From the NCBI GenBank assembly GCA_973895155.1, contig OZ316899.1, forward strand, positions 13,271,934-13,335,933: DNA of 64,000 bases. Direction: 5' to 3'. The DNA comes from Marsupella aquatica. Its lineage: Eukaryota > Plantae > Marchantiophyta. The translations under genes and the position numbers were made by a program. Of the stretch, positions 21,129-35,253 are shown one piece after another; positions within the stretch are counted from its first letter, which is position 1, and the number at the start of each line of letters is the position of its first letter. The notes under the pieces were generated by a model. That model was not told where the DNA came from, made no database searches, and saw only the letters and a list, made by a program, of their open reading frames with translations.

Positions 21129-22864
21129 CTATGCGTTGAAGAAGTGGGAGATTTACCTTAAGAACGGTCCCAAAGTGGTCATCCACACAGATAGCTCGCC
21201 GGTCGGGTACTTCAGTTCTAAGCCAAGACTGAACCCCAAGAAAATGCGCTGGCAGATGTTCTTGGCGAATTTCAATTTCGAAGTCCGCCACGTTCTAGGG
21301 AAGACAAATACGGCAGCGGACGCGTTATCGCGTAAGGACCAACATCGTGTCAATGGGATCACGATGCTCGAATCCGAGTGGCCAAAGGTTCTGGCTGCGG
21401 CGTACGGGGATGACAGGTTAGCTAAGGAATGGCAAAGCAATGGGGGTAGCCAAGGCAAGGTAAGGCACGTATTGTTGGGTTGGATAAGACGCATAATGTC
21501 CAGTTATGGCGATACAAGCAGAGGCGTGTGTACATACCGGAGTCTCTAAGGTTAGAGGTTCTGCAAAAGTACCACGACTCGCCTTGGGGAGGGCATGGAG
21601 GACAAGCCGTTACGTATTGCATCATGTCGCAAGATGTGTATTGGCCGGACATGAAGCAATCGGTCCTTCAACACGTGCAAAGTTGTTACTTGTGCCAAAA
21701 GAATCAAACGGTCTATAGGGCAAAAGGAGGACTACTACAACCCTTACCAGTAGCTGCGGCTCCATGGGAGTCTATCTCCATGGACTTCATTGTTGGGTTA
21801 CCTGAGTACCACGGCAGTAACTCCATCTTAACAATTGTGGATTGTTTTTCCAAGTGGCATATTTCTTGCCTACTACGAAGATGGTTTTGGCCCGAGAGGT
21901 TGCCGGTCTAGTATTTGACAATGTCTTCCGACAGTGGGGATTGCCGTTGCATATCCTGTCAGATCGCGATACCAAGTGCACGGGCCATTCTGGAAGGCGT
22001 TGTTCCGGTTATCCGGAACGGACCTGACCAGGGGATCAGTGTATCATCATGAGACAGATGGCCAAACAGAACGGGTTAATGGTATCGTGGAGGACTACTT
22101 GCGTCACTTTGTGACGGCCAATCAAAAGGATTGGGCAAAGCACTTAACGATGGCCGAGTTTAGGTATAACTCGACCAAACATTCGGCGACGAGGTTTGCG
22201 CCGTTTGTGTTGGCCATAGGGAGGACACCAAGGGCGCCCTCCTGGTTTATAAATCCGGAAGCTTGGCGGACGAAAAGCAAGGTTCCTTCTGTGAACGAGT
22301 TTATTCGAGCGGTGCCTAGTTGTGGAAGCGGCTACCAAGTGTATGACCCTTGCCCTAAGTCGGTACAAGGAGCAAGGGGATAAACATCGACGCCAGGTAA
22401 GCTTTGAAATTGGGGAGAGCGTCTGGTTGCAGTTGAGACCTGAGCAATACCACGGGAACATAAGTAGGAAGCTAGCTCCTAGATATGCGGGGCCCTATCG
22501 CATCATACGATGGGCCCACAAGGATAATCCGGTTTTGGTGGTGTTGGAGACACCCAAGGAAATGGGCGTGGGCAAAAGCTACCATGTTAGCCAGCTCAAG
22601 AAGTTTGTCAAAGACGATGATCCCAACCGGGATCAGGCCTTGCGTCCGGACGCCATGCTGGTGGAGGACACGGAGGAGTTTGAGGTGGAGGAAATTCTGG
22701 ACCACCGTTACAAACGCAAGTTGGGAAGGCAAATCTTAGAGTATTTGGTGAAGTGGGCTGGCTACGACCAGGTCGAGAGTACTTGGGAACCGGAGGAAAA
22801 TTTGGGTAATGCCTCAGAGATCCTTGGAAGCTATCGTAAGCAAAGTGGCCTACCGCCGTTGTGA
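21129..22864 (+). pseudogene. pol remnant: RNase H end, integrase, chromodomain (frameshifted)
   Basis: NTAADALSR; HDSPWGGHGG..CYLCQ; WESISMDFIVGLP; TDGQTERVN; KLAPRYAGPY; FEVEEILDHR...EYLVKWAGYDQVESTWEPEENL. Confidence 0.93.
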
Positions 22865-23301
22865 ACGGGTACAGGCAACTGTAATTACCTTTGTGAGTTG
22901 TATCCTAGTTTCACTCCTCTCGGCCTCTTAAGGATAAAGTTGGATTGCGTTGGTGCTAGAGGTTGTTGGGCGGCCGATTTGCTTTTTGCGAGTGGAAGTT
23001 GATGGTGCCCGCCCTACATCTGTGGGCGGGCTAGTTTGAACCAAAGGGGAGCGCCCCAAGGGGAGGACAATGGGTTTGACGAGTTTGGAGTTAGCTTACC
23101 CGTTTGGATTGACATCCTACTTGGATGAGTGGGATAGGTTGGAATTTCCTAAGTTTGGAATGCGCATACCAACCTGGCTTGCATCAGCCTTATGGGCAAA
23201 CCATTTGTTACCTCATAAAAATTTGAAGACCCAAAGTGGTCTAGGCGTGTTGGAACATTTACTGAGGTCGCGCGGACGTGACCATTTTTAAGGGGGGGTG
23301 C

Positions 23302-24126
23302 AAGTCGCGGAACTCGACTACCTTAACACTTAGCTCCGGCGTCGCTGACTCCGACGCCAAGCTCCCTTATGGTCTAGGCCCGGATAGGCCATCCGGGGAG
23401 GACTTAGCATGGGGAGACTTGTGGGCAATGAGACGTGGCACTAGCAAGGCAAGGGGCCAAGCTGGGAACACACACTAAGGACTTGGACTAGCCTATGGCT
23501 GGTCGGGTCAAGGGGAAATGGGTCGGGCTCAAGGATGGCCGTCCGGACCATTGGATGGACTTTGAGTTCTAAGGGCTTGGGAGTGAGCTCCTCTTGGGCC
23601 CAAGGCCAATGGAGTTGACGCCATTGGTAACGGACGCTTGGGGCGCAAGTTGTGGCCCGATCTGGGTTGCGCCGGTTGGGGGCCCTGAGAGGCGATCAGA
23701 CCTGAGGGCCTAGGCATGAGCACTGGGTCGTCCCGGTCACAACGGGCTAAGGCACTCCGCTTGCGGATGCCTATCAAGAAAGTTATGGGCGTTGCCAGTT
23801 GGTGGCGCACCCATTATGCGCGATGGGATCCGGGTTGGGGGCCAAATGTTTAGGGACCAAAGCTGGTCCGGGGGTGGCAGGTCTCCAGAAGCATATATGA
23901 GGGGAGTGGTGTCTCCCTGGGGGCTAAGGCCGAGCCGAAGTCGTGAGACGCGGCGGTCGCGACACTAAGGGAAACCGCCAAACGGAAATGGCGATATCTC
24001 CCCAACGGGAAGTCCGTTGGAGGACTTCTTGGGTGCGTTGGAAAGCTCTTGAGGAGGGCTACGCCCTCCTGAGCTCAGATGGGTCTAGGGCTGCCATGAG
24101 TTCTCATGGTTTGCGGGTGTTAGCTC
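23302..24126 (+). repeat. Chromovirus LTR sequence (also at 20602-21128, 24487-25356 and 63107-64000)
   Basis: High-identity direct repeats starting AGTCGCGGAACTCGACTACC. Confidence 0.85.
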
Positions 24127-27100
24127 ATCCCGGCTGCAAGTCCGACCAAGCAACCTCCGCTCGACCCTCACCCCTGACTGCCAGCCCGACCTTTCACCCC
24201 AACCTTTCACCCGACCTCCGCCCGACCTTTCACCTTGGACCCCGCCCCCGACTAACAGCCTAACCCCTAAACCTGAATCCCCGCCCCCGACTGACTATTG
24301 ACTCCCGAACCCCCGACCGACCTACTCCCTCCTGATCGCCTTCACCGCCCACCCCCAACTCCCGTTGACTCCCTCTGCCCGACCCAACTCTCACCCGACC
24401 CGACCATAGTTACCTGGCCGGGATCGATTGGGACTACATGTGTCGGATATCGGTCGCCAATGCCCCAATTTGTCCGACAAGTTCAAACTGGGCCGGGGGT
24501 GGCAGATCTCCAGAAGCATATATGAGGGGAGTGGTGTCTCCCTGGGGGCTAAGGGCAAGCCGAAGTCGTGAGCCGCGGCGGTCACGACACTAAGGGAAAC
24601 CGCCAAACGGAAACGACTATATCTTCCCAACGAGAAGTCCATTGGAGGACTTCTTGGGTGTGTTGGAAAGCTCTCAAGAAGGGCTATGCCCTACTGAGAT
24701 CAGCTGGGTCTGGGGGCACCATGGGTTCTTGGGGTTTGTGGGTGTTAACTCGCCCGCTTGCCAAATCCTGCCGAACAGCAGCCAAGCCGCGTTTAGTCTC
24801 CCAAGGGAGCTTGTGTTGGGGAGGCAAGGCCAAGTATGTGTGGAGGTTGAGTTCCAAGAGTTTTTGGCCCTAGACCATCAGTGAGGCGAATCAAGAGTTG
24901 GTTGCTAGAGCCGGGTCTTTCCTGGTCCCGGCTTGTTGGGACAAGCTTTAGGACAAGCTACGCTAATTGGGCCATGAGCATGTCCTGGGGTTAGGGCGGT
25001 CAGTTGGTGATGGATAGGTATGAGGGGAAACCCGGGCCGCGCTCAAGGAAGGAGCTCTTTTGGACGAACAGTGGGCGTGGGTCCGGGTTCCGGCTTATGG
25101 CATCGGGAGGACCTATTGCTGACCCTCTTGTTGTGGGATGGACGGATCCCACGAGACTTGTTTCTTATGCTTTGGCCTTGGGATTTCAGCTTCGGGCAAT
25201 GATTTGGCCAATTCCCGGTCAATAGAGTCCGCATCGGTGGGGGCAGCATCGGCTCCCTACTTAGTTGGAGCCGTATTCTCCATATCCTCCGAACCAATGG
25301 CCCGTTCTTGTTGTTCCTCTGCCGGGGTGCCAGAGAGGCTCGGGGTGGCTCCGTCTATATATCACTACGCATGGTCCCCACCACAGGTCCAACATCCTGA
25401 CTGTTGACCATCATAGGAAGGCACAGGTCTCTGATTGGTAGATTCTTGTGCAGTGGGATTCTCCCTCTGGCTCTTGCGTGCAGTAGGCTGTGATGTGGGT
25501 GTAGATGCAGCCTTTGGTGCTTCCTTGGAAAATCCGGAAGTCATCACTTTTTAATTCACCATATTGAGCTCAATGCACTCAGAAAGTGTAAAAATAATTG
25601 CCAATGTGGGATTTGCATCCCTAAGCAGAGTGACATCTCTCACTCTACATTGCAATTATCTGTCCTGAATTGCATACCAAAACTGGACTGCATGGGCCTC
25701 TGTCACTCCCTTGGTGACAATATCAATCTGTGCATATGAGTGTATGCCTCACATAGACTCTCTCCAGTCTTGCGCTGAAACTCCTAAAGACCCTTCAACT
25801 TATCAGTTCTCACACCCTGATAGTTTTGCTTTTGTACGTCAAAGAACTCCATCACAAGGTTAAATGCTGGCGCAGCTCCAATCCCTGCCATAATTGCATC
25901 GGTAGGAGTAACGGTCGATGCTGCTAGAGTGCTACTAGTGGATGGTGTGCCACTCTGGCTAGTGCTGCTGGAAGAAGCAGCAGTTGTGGCAATGGGTTGG
26001 GCGCCGCACTAGTGCCATAGGTGATGGACATGTAATTAGGCAACCAATGCTGCCTCCATCCCTCAATCTTAACCAAATGAGCCTTCCAAAACTCATGGTA
26101 ATCATCCATGGGTGGCCCCTCCAAATGTTGAAATAATCCCTTCCATGCCATGAAAGGGGTAAAGAACGTGGCATTACGCAATGTTTGCATATTGCACCAC
26201 GTATCAAACTCTTGGATGAAGTCATCAAGATCAATCGTGCCAACTTCACTAGAGTATCGTCATGGTTCCTTCGTAGCCCCGTACATCTCTTCCATATCCC
26301 ACAACAAAGGTGCAATCATCTGATGATGAGGAGAACTGGTCAAAGAGTCCTCATCATAATCACTGTTTGAAGTTGTGCTGTTGACTACTACCAATGTTGT
26401 TGGCCAAAATTGCACCCCACTTTGAGTGAAACCAGTCTGCCATCCATCGGGTAGCCCCGCAGCACCAGAACAATCCGTGATGACCAATCACTAGTAGAAA
26501 CCGGGGGGTATTTAGACCCCATTAAACGACTATTCAATACCGTATAGGACTTGGAAACGACTGGGAAGGACTCTAGTCCTTTATAGGACTGCGAGTCGTA
26601 TGTTTTGTTACTATAATCAACTGAGTCCTTTATAGAACTGGTTTATAAGTCGTTTAATAGACTGGATTTTCAGTCTATTTTAGTCTTTGTGTGGGTAGCT
26701 TTGGTGAGTCTTTTTCAGTCTTTTATGGGCTGCGATGGTGAGTCGTTGGGAACAACTCAAAAGGTTATGGAGGGTAGTCTTTAAATATACTTTGTGGGTT
26801 TATAAAATGACTAAAGTAGACACTTTGTGGGGGTTTATAAAACGACTAAAGTAGACACTTTGTGGGGTATGTACAAGTCTTTCATGTCAACTGGAAATGA
26901 GTGATGAAGACCCCACTATACTACTTGGAATGAACTCACTCTTGTGCACAAATAACACATTTCATTCATGTTTTATTGTGTACTTGGAATGAACTCACTC
27001 TATAAGGTCACCATTCACCATGTTAACATTAGAACCTCACACAAATTTTCAGAAAGCCATCTTCTATACCATGTACACTAATATGAATTCACAGATTCAA

Positions 27101-27389
27101 ACATCATAGACTACAAAGAAGGTCACAAAGCATTCGTCTATACCATACACACTAATACTGAATTGATACAAAACAGATTCAAGTATCATAGACAATCACC
27201 ATAGAGCCATAGTTTGACATCAATCACTTGTTTCATACATACAGAATTCAGAAATATCAATGTCACACACAACGGCTCCTTCATCCTCTTTACCAAATGG
27301 AAAAATTGGTACAGATATTTCTTGGATTTTTCCAAGGCAATGTCAAAATGTAACACAATTCACATGATTCTATCTACACTTGTATTCAG

Positions 27390-30300
27390 TCACTGCAGAC
27401 TAACACACTCTGATGGCCAGAGCACAAGAGATCCTACTGCATCTGCAATTATTTCTTGAGGTGGATCATCGTCTCTATTCGGAAATGGCAAATTACAATC
27501 AGATACAATCACTGTAGTCAACAACACTACTACATGGTCATCCGGGACCACTTTGCCATGGAATTTAGCATGATCCGGTCGCAAAATGCCTGTACCCACA
27601 CATACCTGCGAGTCATTCTCCCATGATAGAAGATTATGGACTGGCTCTGCTGTGGCTATCACCTCCACCTTACCCTGGCTGTTTTTCTTGGCTTTCCTGG
27701 GTGGCTTATACATGACATTATTCATACCTTGGTTGCGAGTCATGACTTTGGCACGAGTGTTTTGTGCTGGTGATCGAGAATTGGCTACACTCTTCTTCAA
27801 AGAATCTGCATCCATATTTGACACTTCCGATTGTGTAGCAGGATTTCCCTGCGACATCATCTCAGTATCTGCTAACATTGTACTTGCTTCAATTGAAGCA
27901 TCTACAATCTTACTTGCATCCAATGTTGCTCCCAAGTTTCAACGTCGCTTCACCCTGCTCCCACTTGGTTGAGAGTCTGTCAACTCTGCATCAACTACAA
28001 TTCAATGCATTGTCCAACATAAGTGAATCACTCATCACATGTGCGCCATGTACATGTCACCATCCACAAAGTTGTCACTATCTCCTTACCATTATGAACA
28101 GCCTTCTTCCCCTTCTTTGCCATTGCCATATCCTCCATGTCTGCTTCTGCTGATCAATAAACAGACCACAAGATTCAGGTTCAATCTATTAACCACTGAA
28201 TTGTTTCTCAACAATGGTAGGAGAGGAATTTAAAGCATCAGCTTACCTGATACCTCCTTGGCTATGGTCACTGAGGCACTGGGCACATCTTTTTCATTGC
28301 TCTTTGAATCACCTGATACATCAATCATGATGTCACTTCAATTCCCAGTTTATCCAACCAATTCTTACAGAAAAGATTACCTCCAACCGGCTTAAGCTTC
28401 ACAAAACTCCATGCACTTTTCAAATGTAATGTACTGGATCATAGCAGGTTACCTGTCTCAACAACCTTTTTGCCATTCTGCTTACCGATTACAGGGTCCA
28501 GGTTCTCTGCCTCCACTCTTCCTGCATTCAAACCATTCACTCAATTCATGAAAACTTACTTCTAACATTTGAACATAGGACACAATGAACAATGGGCCTC
28601 TCTTGTTTCAAAATCCTCATTGCATACCTGTGTCAGATTTGCCAATTCCCTTTTTTGTTAACAAGGGCACACTTTGTACAATGTTGCCCTCATTGTTTGG
28701 TTGGGAACCACCCAATTTTTCAATCACAAGCTTGAAATTAGATTCCACTGATGCAAGAAGGTTCGCTACAGATGCCTCCACAATATCCAAATGATCAGCC
28801 AATTTACTTTCCACTCGAGGGAGTCCACACTCTAATGACTTCAACCGTTCAGACATCTTTGTGAGAGTTGTAACAGTTCCCTGTCATAACACAGTTTACA
28901 TATCTCAGATAATTGTCCCCAAGAACTGGTTGCTTACTTCCTACTACAATTCTTTCTGATGCTCAAGGCCAAATAGTCACAGAACATATAGAATTACAAC
29001 ATAATCACCTGTTTGGAAGTCACACTTGTCACCTCACTCCTTTGTTTCATGAACTCCTCTCTCACTTCTTGTGCTGATGGTTCTTCACCTGTCAATTTCT
29101 TCTGCAGTCCACATCAACATACATATGAATGAAACCAAGTGTTGATTGTCAATGAAAATGTAATAATGGTAGCAAGATGATAAGTTTGAGGCTTACTATT
29201 AGGCATGTCACTGCCTTACCAATTGTTCTTTCACTGAAGCATAACTTCCTCTCCCAGCCTGTGAAAGGTGTTTCACTTTGCCTCGAGCATTTGACATCAG
29301 TTCACTCTTGCTCTGTCCAGCCTCCGACATGAACCCTTTGATTAACCGTGTCCATTGATCCAGTTCCAATGATGGGGGTGGTGGCATTCTCCTGTTAGAA
29401 CCATTGTCTATCCACATCCTTTTCAACCTATGCCTCTCTTGTTTCAAAATCCTCATTGCATAATCTGATATGCAATCTTCAACTGGGCCCTTACCATCAT
29501 TACCAACATAGTCCCACCGTTCAAGAATGTCCTTGCAGATAGCAGCCCAATCAGCTTTGTTCTGACTCCTAAACTCTGTAATGCTCAAATCTAACCAACG
29601 CAATACTTCTCCTCTTAGGTCAGAATGCCAACGGTTCTTACCATCACATGTGGGAGTTATCCAACCTTCGGAATTCACTTCTACTTTACCAAATTTGTTA
29701 CTGTCTCCTGCCTTGGTACTCCCTGAAGCGCTACTAGGTGTCCCTCCACGGCCTGGTGTCCCCCCACGGCCTGGGGTCCCTCCACGGCCTGATCTCCCCC
29801 CACGGCCTGGATTGCATTGTCCAAACCTCCCTGGAGTCCCTGCACATTTACAGGATCCATTTACAGTCACTTACATTAGGTAAGTATGAATCATAAATCC
29901 TGCTGCCAAATATACACTGGACTTCAGAGCAATTCTGCAATGACCAAGTTACCTCTCCCTTGGCGCATAGATGGTTCTGGACCACCTGTCCTATTGCTTT
30001 GTCTTGATGAATTAGGGCCGTTTCTCCCGCCTGTGAATGATTGCCGCCTATCTGAACGTGGATGGCCTTTGTTGTTTTCGTGATTGTCCCAATCAGAGTC
30101 TGCATACCAACAGGTACATGCCACACTCATGGACCTGTAAGATAAACTCTTTGCCCTAGCTACACATCAGATAAGTCCATATTGAGCTAAATCTCTACTA
30201 CCATCACAAAATCACTAGCACAAGGCACTTACTTGTCCAATCATCCTCCTCACCTGTCCATTGCCCTCTGTACCCGTCTCTACCACGCTCTGGGTGTTCA

Positions 30301-30580
30301 TATTCATCCCATCCATCTTCTGCTCCATCATAGTCATCATCATAATTATCAGGCGTCCCTTGCCAATAACTCTGGCTCCTTCTAGGGTATGGATTATGTG
30401 ATTTCTCTCTAGCTGCCCACCTACCTGGGACTTGATGAGGGCCCTGTGCATTCCTGCACAGGTGCATTTTTCTGTGAGCCCCCTGCATCTGGGTCTCCAT
30501 CCATATCCAATCTTTCCTCTTCACCCCACTCTCCAAGCCCCATGTCTGTCTCCATGTCATCACCCTCTTCCCCCATAGCT
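27390..30580 (-). CDS. Multi-exon TnpA-like gene of the CACTA element (Transposase_24-like core, C-terminal TNP1-like domain); exon structure approximate
   Basis: Exon ORFs at 29208-29870 (RHRLKRMW...PPPSLELDQWTRLI...KSELMSNARGK...GRGSY), 28617-28856 and 27390-27935; many GT-AG boundaries; GRGGTP repeats. Confidence 0.7.
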
Positions 30581-30753
30581 TCTGCACAGCACCCACAACC
30601 AAACAGGGAGAATCAGCACACTAAATTCAAAGTATCAATCAATTTCATGCATATCCAACTATCCTAAACATCATTCCAGGCAGCAATTCCCGTTCTGTGA
30701 CTCTGTGCAGGTAGTCATCCTCAACCTCATACTTGCCAATCGCCAGCTGTTGC

Positions 30754-33700
30754 CTATTGCAAATCATCAACCTCATCATATTCCATTTGCCCAGGTTCAT
30801 CATATGTCTCTCTCAATGTTAAGGGGATGTAGTCAGTCCCTGCCCGAGTTGGAAGTACAGTCTCATGACTAGGATGCTCGAATGCAGCATGGTCATCCAA
30901 ACTGAACTCTACTTTACTTCCATCCATCCGCCTGTTCCGTGCTTGGCTATGGCATACCACCCTCCAGCCATGTGACTCCTCCACATCTGCAAAGAAAGCC
31001 TGTTCAACTTGGCTAGGGAAAACAAAAGGCTCAGACCATTCTGGTACTCTGGACCTAAAATTGGCCAACAAGAACCCATCATGATCACGCTTCATGGTGG
31101 CCCTTGGTCTCTGCCACTCTGATTTCACCCATGATCCCTTCATCAATATCACTGGGACACTTGTGTTACCATAATTCAACACCCAAATGTCGGTCAACTC
31201 CCCCACGTAACCCATCTTCATCCACCCCCTCTGTTCTTCAGAGGTTCTCTGCTCAAACACAGAAATCAAACCACAATCATATGATACACAATGGTCACCC
31301 TGCTCATCCCTCACTCGATAATGATTTCCATAAGCTCTCATCCGTTTGTAGGTCAGAATAGACAATCGTGGTGGCACAGATAGAAGATACAAATCCTTCT
31401 CCATATCTGGGTGATGTCTACTATGCTCTCGAATTGTCACCCGAATCCACTGCTCGAACTGTGGGAAGGGATCCTGCTGCCCAGAGTGTGCAGCTTTTTG
31501 CATATCATATTCCCTGCAATATGAGGTACAGGCATAGTTAGGTCTAAACAACACATGACAACCTAAGATCACCCTTGGAACAGACAAGAAGCATCACAAC
31601 AAAGGCAAGTCAATTCAATCACTCACCTCCACCATGGTTGCATAGGCTCTGTGTTTGCCAGCACATATGAATGAGCCTTGTCTCGAATCGCAACAGGCAG
31701 CTGAACAGCACGTCCCACACCTTCAACAACCTCGCCACTCACTCCATCATCTTCACCAGATTTCCAAACTCTTGTCATAGCTTCACCAGACCCAGCCATG
31801 TACTCTGTTAGGAATCCCAACGTCTCATCCTTAATGTACCCCAATGCCATGGAAGCCTCTGGCCTGTAGTATGTTCTCACATGACCTTTCAACAACTTCA
31901 TGTATCGCTCCATAGGGTACATCCATCTGGTACTGACTGGCCCATACTGCCCTAGCTCTTCTACCACATGGATTAGGAGATGAGTCATAACATCAAAGAA
32001 AGCAGGGGGGAAGTATATCTCCAAGTCACAGAGGACATAAGCAGCATCCTGCTTCAACTGCTCCAATCCTTGGGGATCCCACACTTTCACACATATACGG
32101 CGAAATACATTGCACAGTCGAAGAATGACATTACGGACTGGTTTCTGCATGAGACCTCTGAGGCATAGGGGCAGAATGTGCTGCATCAACACATGGTAGT
32201 CATGTGTTTTCATACTGCCAAGTTTATTCTTTGTAATATGCTTCTTGAAGGCACCAGCATAGCCAGAGGGCACTTTCAGACAGCTCAATCTATACAAGAA
32301 TGTCTTCCATTCATCCTGTGTGCACACATAGGGAGCTTGGAACTTGAGAAGTACATTGGGATTGCTTGCATGGGGCTTCAACCAAAGGTGAGGGCGAATC
32401 CCCTTCTGTTGCATATCAGCTCGAACTGCTCCTGTATCTTTCTCACCCGACAAGAACTTCAGCAAGCTCTCACAAATATTTTTCTCAATGTGCATGACGT
32501 CCACATTGTGTTTGCTGGGCTCGAATTCCTGCACTCCACAAAGCAAAGAATTCAACAACAGAAACACTAATTAACCACATAGGAGGATTGTAACCAACAT
32601 CAATCCACCATTGCTCCAATCTAAAATTGCAATCATACAGGGGCTGGAGGCTAAGTACATTACCCTCCAGTACTCCAACTCCAAGTCCATCAAGGTCTGT
32701 CTTTTCACACCGTGTTTCACCACTGGATCCTCAGGTTCTCGATCAGTGGCACTTCTCTTGTCCCAATCAGCCTTCCTGGCTGCCCACCTCAGGACTTGCT
32801 CTCTGGTGACCCTCTGTGGTGGGCCACGAAGCTCTGTTTTGTTGTTGAAGTGTGCAATTTGAGACCGTGTGTGCCTGTAAGGATGATCAACAGGCAGATA
32901 CCTTCTATGCCCCTGAAATTTCATACTGTGCAGGCATGCGACCACTCACTTGTCACATTTTTCCCACATGGTGTGCACCCCACATAGCCCTTTGTCACTC
33001 GTCCAGATATGATGCCATGGCCTGGGTAATCTGCTATATCCAGCAAACAAATTGCATGCAGTCTAAAGGGGCTGGGTCGAAGAAGCCCCTTCAGAACATC
33101 ATGGGTTAACACCCCTTCTATCCACAAAGTCTTCCACTCTTCCACTGCTGGAGCCAACATGATATCTATGAATTGCTCGGTCACAGAAGCTGGTCCAGGG
33201 ATTAACAGCACCATCATGACAAAAAACCTCTTTGTAGTCATCCATGGGGGAAGGTTGTAATTTAGCAGCGTAACCGGCCAACATGAATAACGGTTGTTTT
33301 TGTCTCCAAATGGGTTTACTCCATCCAGTGATAGACCAAATCGAAAGTTCCGCTTCTCTGCAGCAAACTGTGGCCACCTCTCATCAACAAATTTCCAATG
33401 GTTGGAATCTCCAATGTGACGCTGCAGGCCATCACTGCTCTTGTTATCAGGAGTCCATGTCATCAGCTTGGAAATGGCAGGGCATCTAAACAGACGTTGT
33501 AGTCTAGGAATGAGAGGAAAATGACGAAGAACCTTGGCAGGGTGTGTACATTTCCCTACATTCTTGTACCTGTGCTTACCACAATGAGGGCATGTCAATT
33601 TATCTGCATGCTCTTTGCGAAAGAGAACACACCCATCAGGGCATGCGTCAATAGACACATAGTTCAGCCCAAGGTTAGACATCAATTTCCTAGCCTCGTA

Positions 33701-34453
33701 CATATTTTTTGGAATTGAATTACCATCTGGTAACACATTTCGGCGCAGGAAGGTCAACAACTCTGTCACAAATATATTGGGAACATTGTGATTGCCACAG
33801 ATGTTCAACAACAACACGACAAAACCCAGCTTGGAGCAGTTCGACCCCTCGTAGATAGGAATGCAAGCTTCTTTGATGTGTTTTGGGCCCCCAAACACCC
33901 ACTCCCTCTCTGCTGCACCTTCCCCAATGTCAAAGTCAGGTTCAGCTTGGCCGTCGCCAATGTGTGGCTGCGGTTCATTGTCCTCTTCTGATTCCACTGT
34001 GTCGTAAAAAGCATCAAGGTCTTCAAAAATCTCTTGAACCATTCTTGGGACATCCATCCCACCGTCCTCAGTGACTGCCTCTGCATCTCCATCTTGGTCA
34101 TCCACGTTCTCATGTTGGACCCCAGGACCATCCTCTGCACAGTCTATGTCCTGCTCTACGTAGTCTCTACGCCTAGCTGTATTAGAATCCACAAAGTCAG
34201 CTCTCCACTCTTCATCAGAGGAGTCTTCTTCTGCTGGTACATTCCAAACCCTCCACCGAGGGTGCCTTTCATGCCGCAGCAGGTGAAGGTGCACAGTGTT
34301 CAAACTCAATGACTTGAATCCTTGGCACTGTGTGCATGGGCATCTCATCCTCCTACTCCTACCTTGGGCGGCCCGGGCTTGTTCACGCATCCACAATTTA
34401 GAATCATGATGCCTAATCCTAAATGGGTTGTGAAGAGGCAACCTTGGAGCCAT
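30754..34453 (-). CDS. CACTA transposase TnpD (Transposase_21 + DUF4218 + DUF4216-like), 2 introns, one apparent frameshift near 32930
   Basis: IDACPDGCVLFR, LRHFPLIPRLQRLF, GLSLDGVNPF, WPVTLLNYNLPPW, DYPG, GHRRYLP, DVMHIEKNICE, MKTHDYHVLMQ, FPPAFFDVMTHL, RWMYPMERYM, EPFVFPSQVEQAFF. Confidence 0.93.
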
Positions 34454-34779
34454 CACTATACACACGCACTCAGCACCCTGTCATTTTATTATGCAAGTGA
34501 AAAATACACTTCCTGTTAAGGATTTCACCCCCGACTGTACTTGCCAAAATACGTAACGTTCCAAAAAAACAAAAAAACAAAAAATATAGGTGCCTGAGTC
34601 ATGTACCTATTCTCAAGTGAATGAGACAAAATTCCTAAATGTTTGAGGGTGTCAACTCCTCCGCTGTCCTCACATGTACTGCCTCTGCACGTACATCCAT
34701 GACCATATCAGAGTCCAATCATGTATAGTCATAGACACAGGTGCCAGGTGCGAGACCGGTGTGAGATGTCCTCATCTTA

Positions 34780-35253
34780 CTACCACATCAAATACGGATA
34801 CCAATCTTGTTGTCGATGCCACTCAGCCCTGAGGTACTCAGGCATGTACATTAAGTCATCAAGGTCTAAACCCTGCTCATGCCATGGTGGTCTTCGATCC
34901 GTGCCTACAAGCAGTGGCAGCAGTGCCCTCCATGGTGCACATGTTGCTACCAAGTCCCTCCACTGGGTACTAATTAGTCTATATTTGCAGATATCTTGTG
35001 CGCCAGACACCACAAGAACCCTCGGCCAGACATGTGTAAGAACTATATCATCTGCCAAATCAGGCAACAAGGAACCACCTACAGCATCGTGCTTGTCTAA
35101 CTCATCTGCTGAAAAGTAAATGTCCTCTTCCGACTGTGCATCCTCATTCACCACAGCATTCACAACACATCCAAGGTCTGCAGGCATTATCTCGGATGGA
35201 GCTACACTCTGTCTGGTTACCAATCCACACAAGTAAGCCCAAGCAGTAGCCAT
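34780..35253 (-). CDS. CACTA cargo: small F-box-like protein
   Basis: SLLPDLADDIVLTHVWPRV...YRLISTQWRDLV resembles plant F-box motifs; open frame; acceptor AG at 35279-35280 before the ATG. Confidence 0.6.
   Translation of the reverse strand: MATAWAYLCGLVTRQSVAPSEIMPADLGCVVNAVVNEDAQSEEDIYFSADELDKHDAVGGSLLPDLADDIVLTHVWPRVLVVSGAQDICKYRLISTQWRDLVATCAPWRALLPLLVGTDRRPPWHEQGLDLDDLMYMPEYLRAEWHRQQDWYPYLMW

Larger units (their letters stand above)
20602..25356 (+). mobile_element. Deleted and rearranged chromodomain-bearing Ty3/gypsy (chromovirus) element
   Basis: A truncated 5' LTR (20602-~21128) is fused to the RNase H end; integrase plus chromodomain follow; PPT AAGGGGGGG at ~23290; long 3' LTR from ~23302 with internal duplication (23862-24126 vs 24487-24750). 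Confidence 0.85.
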
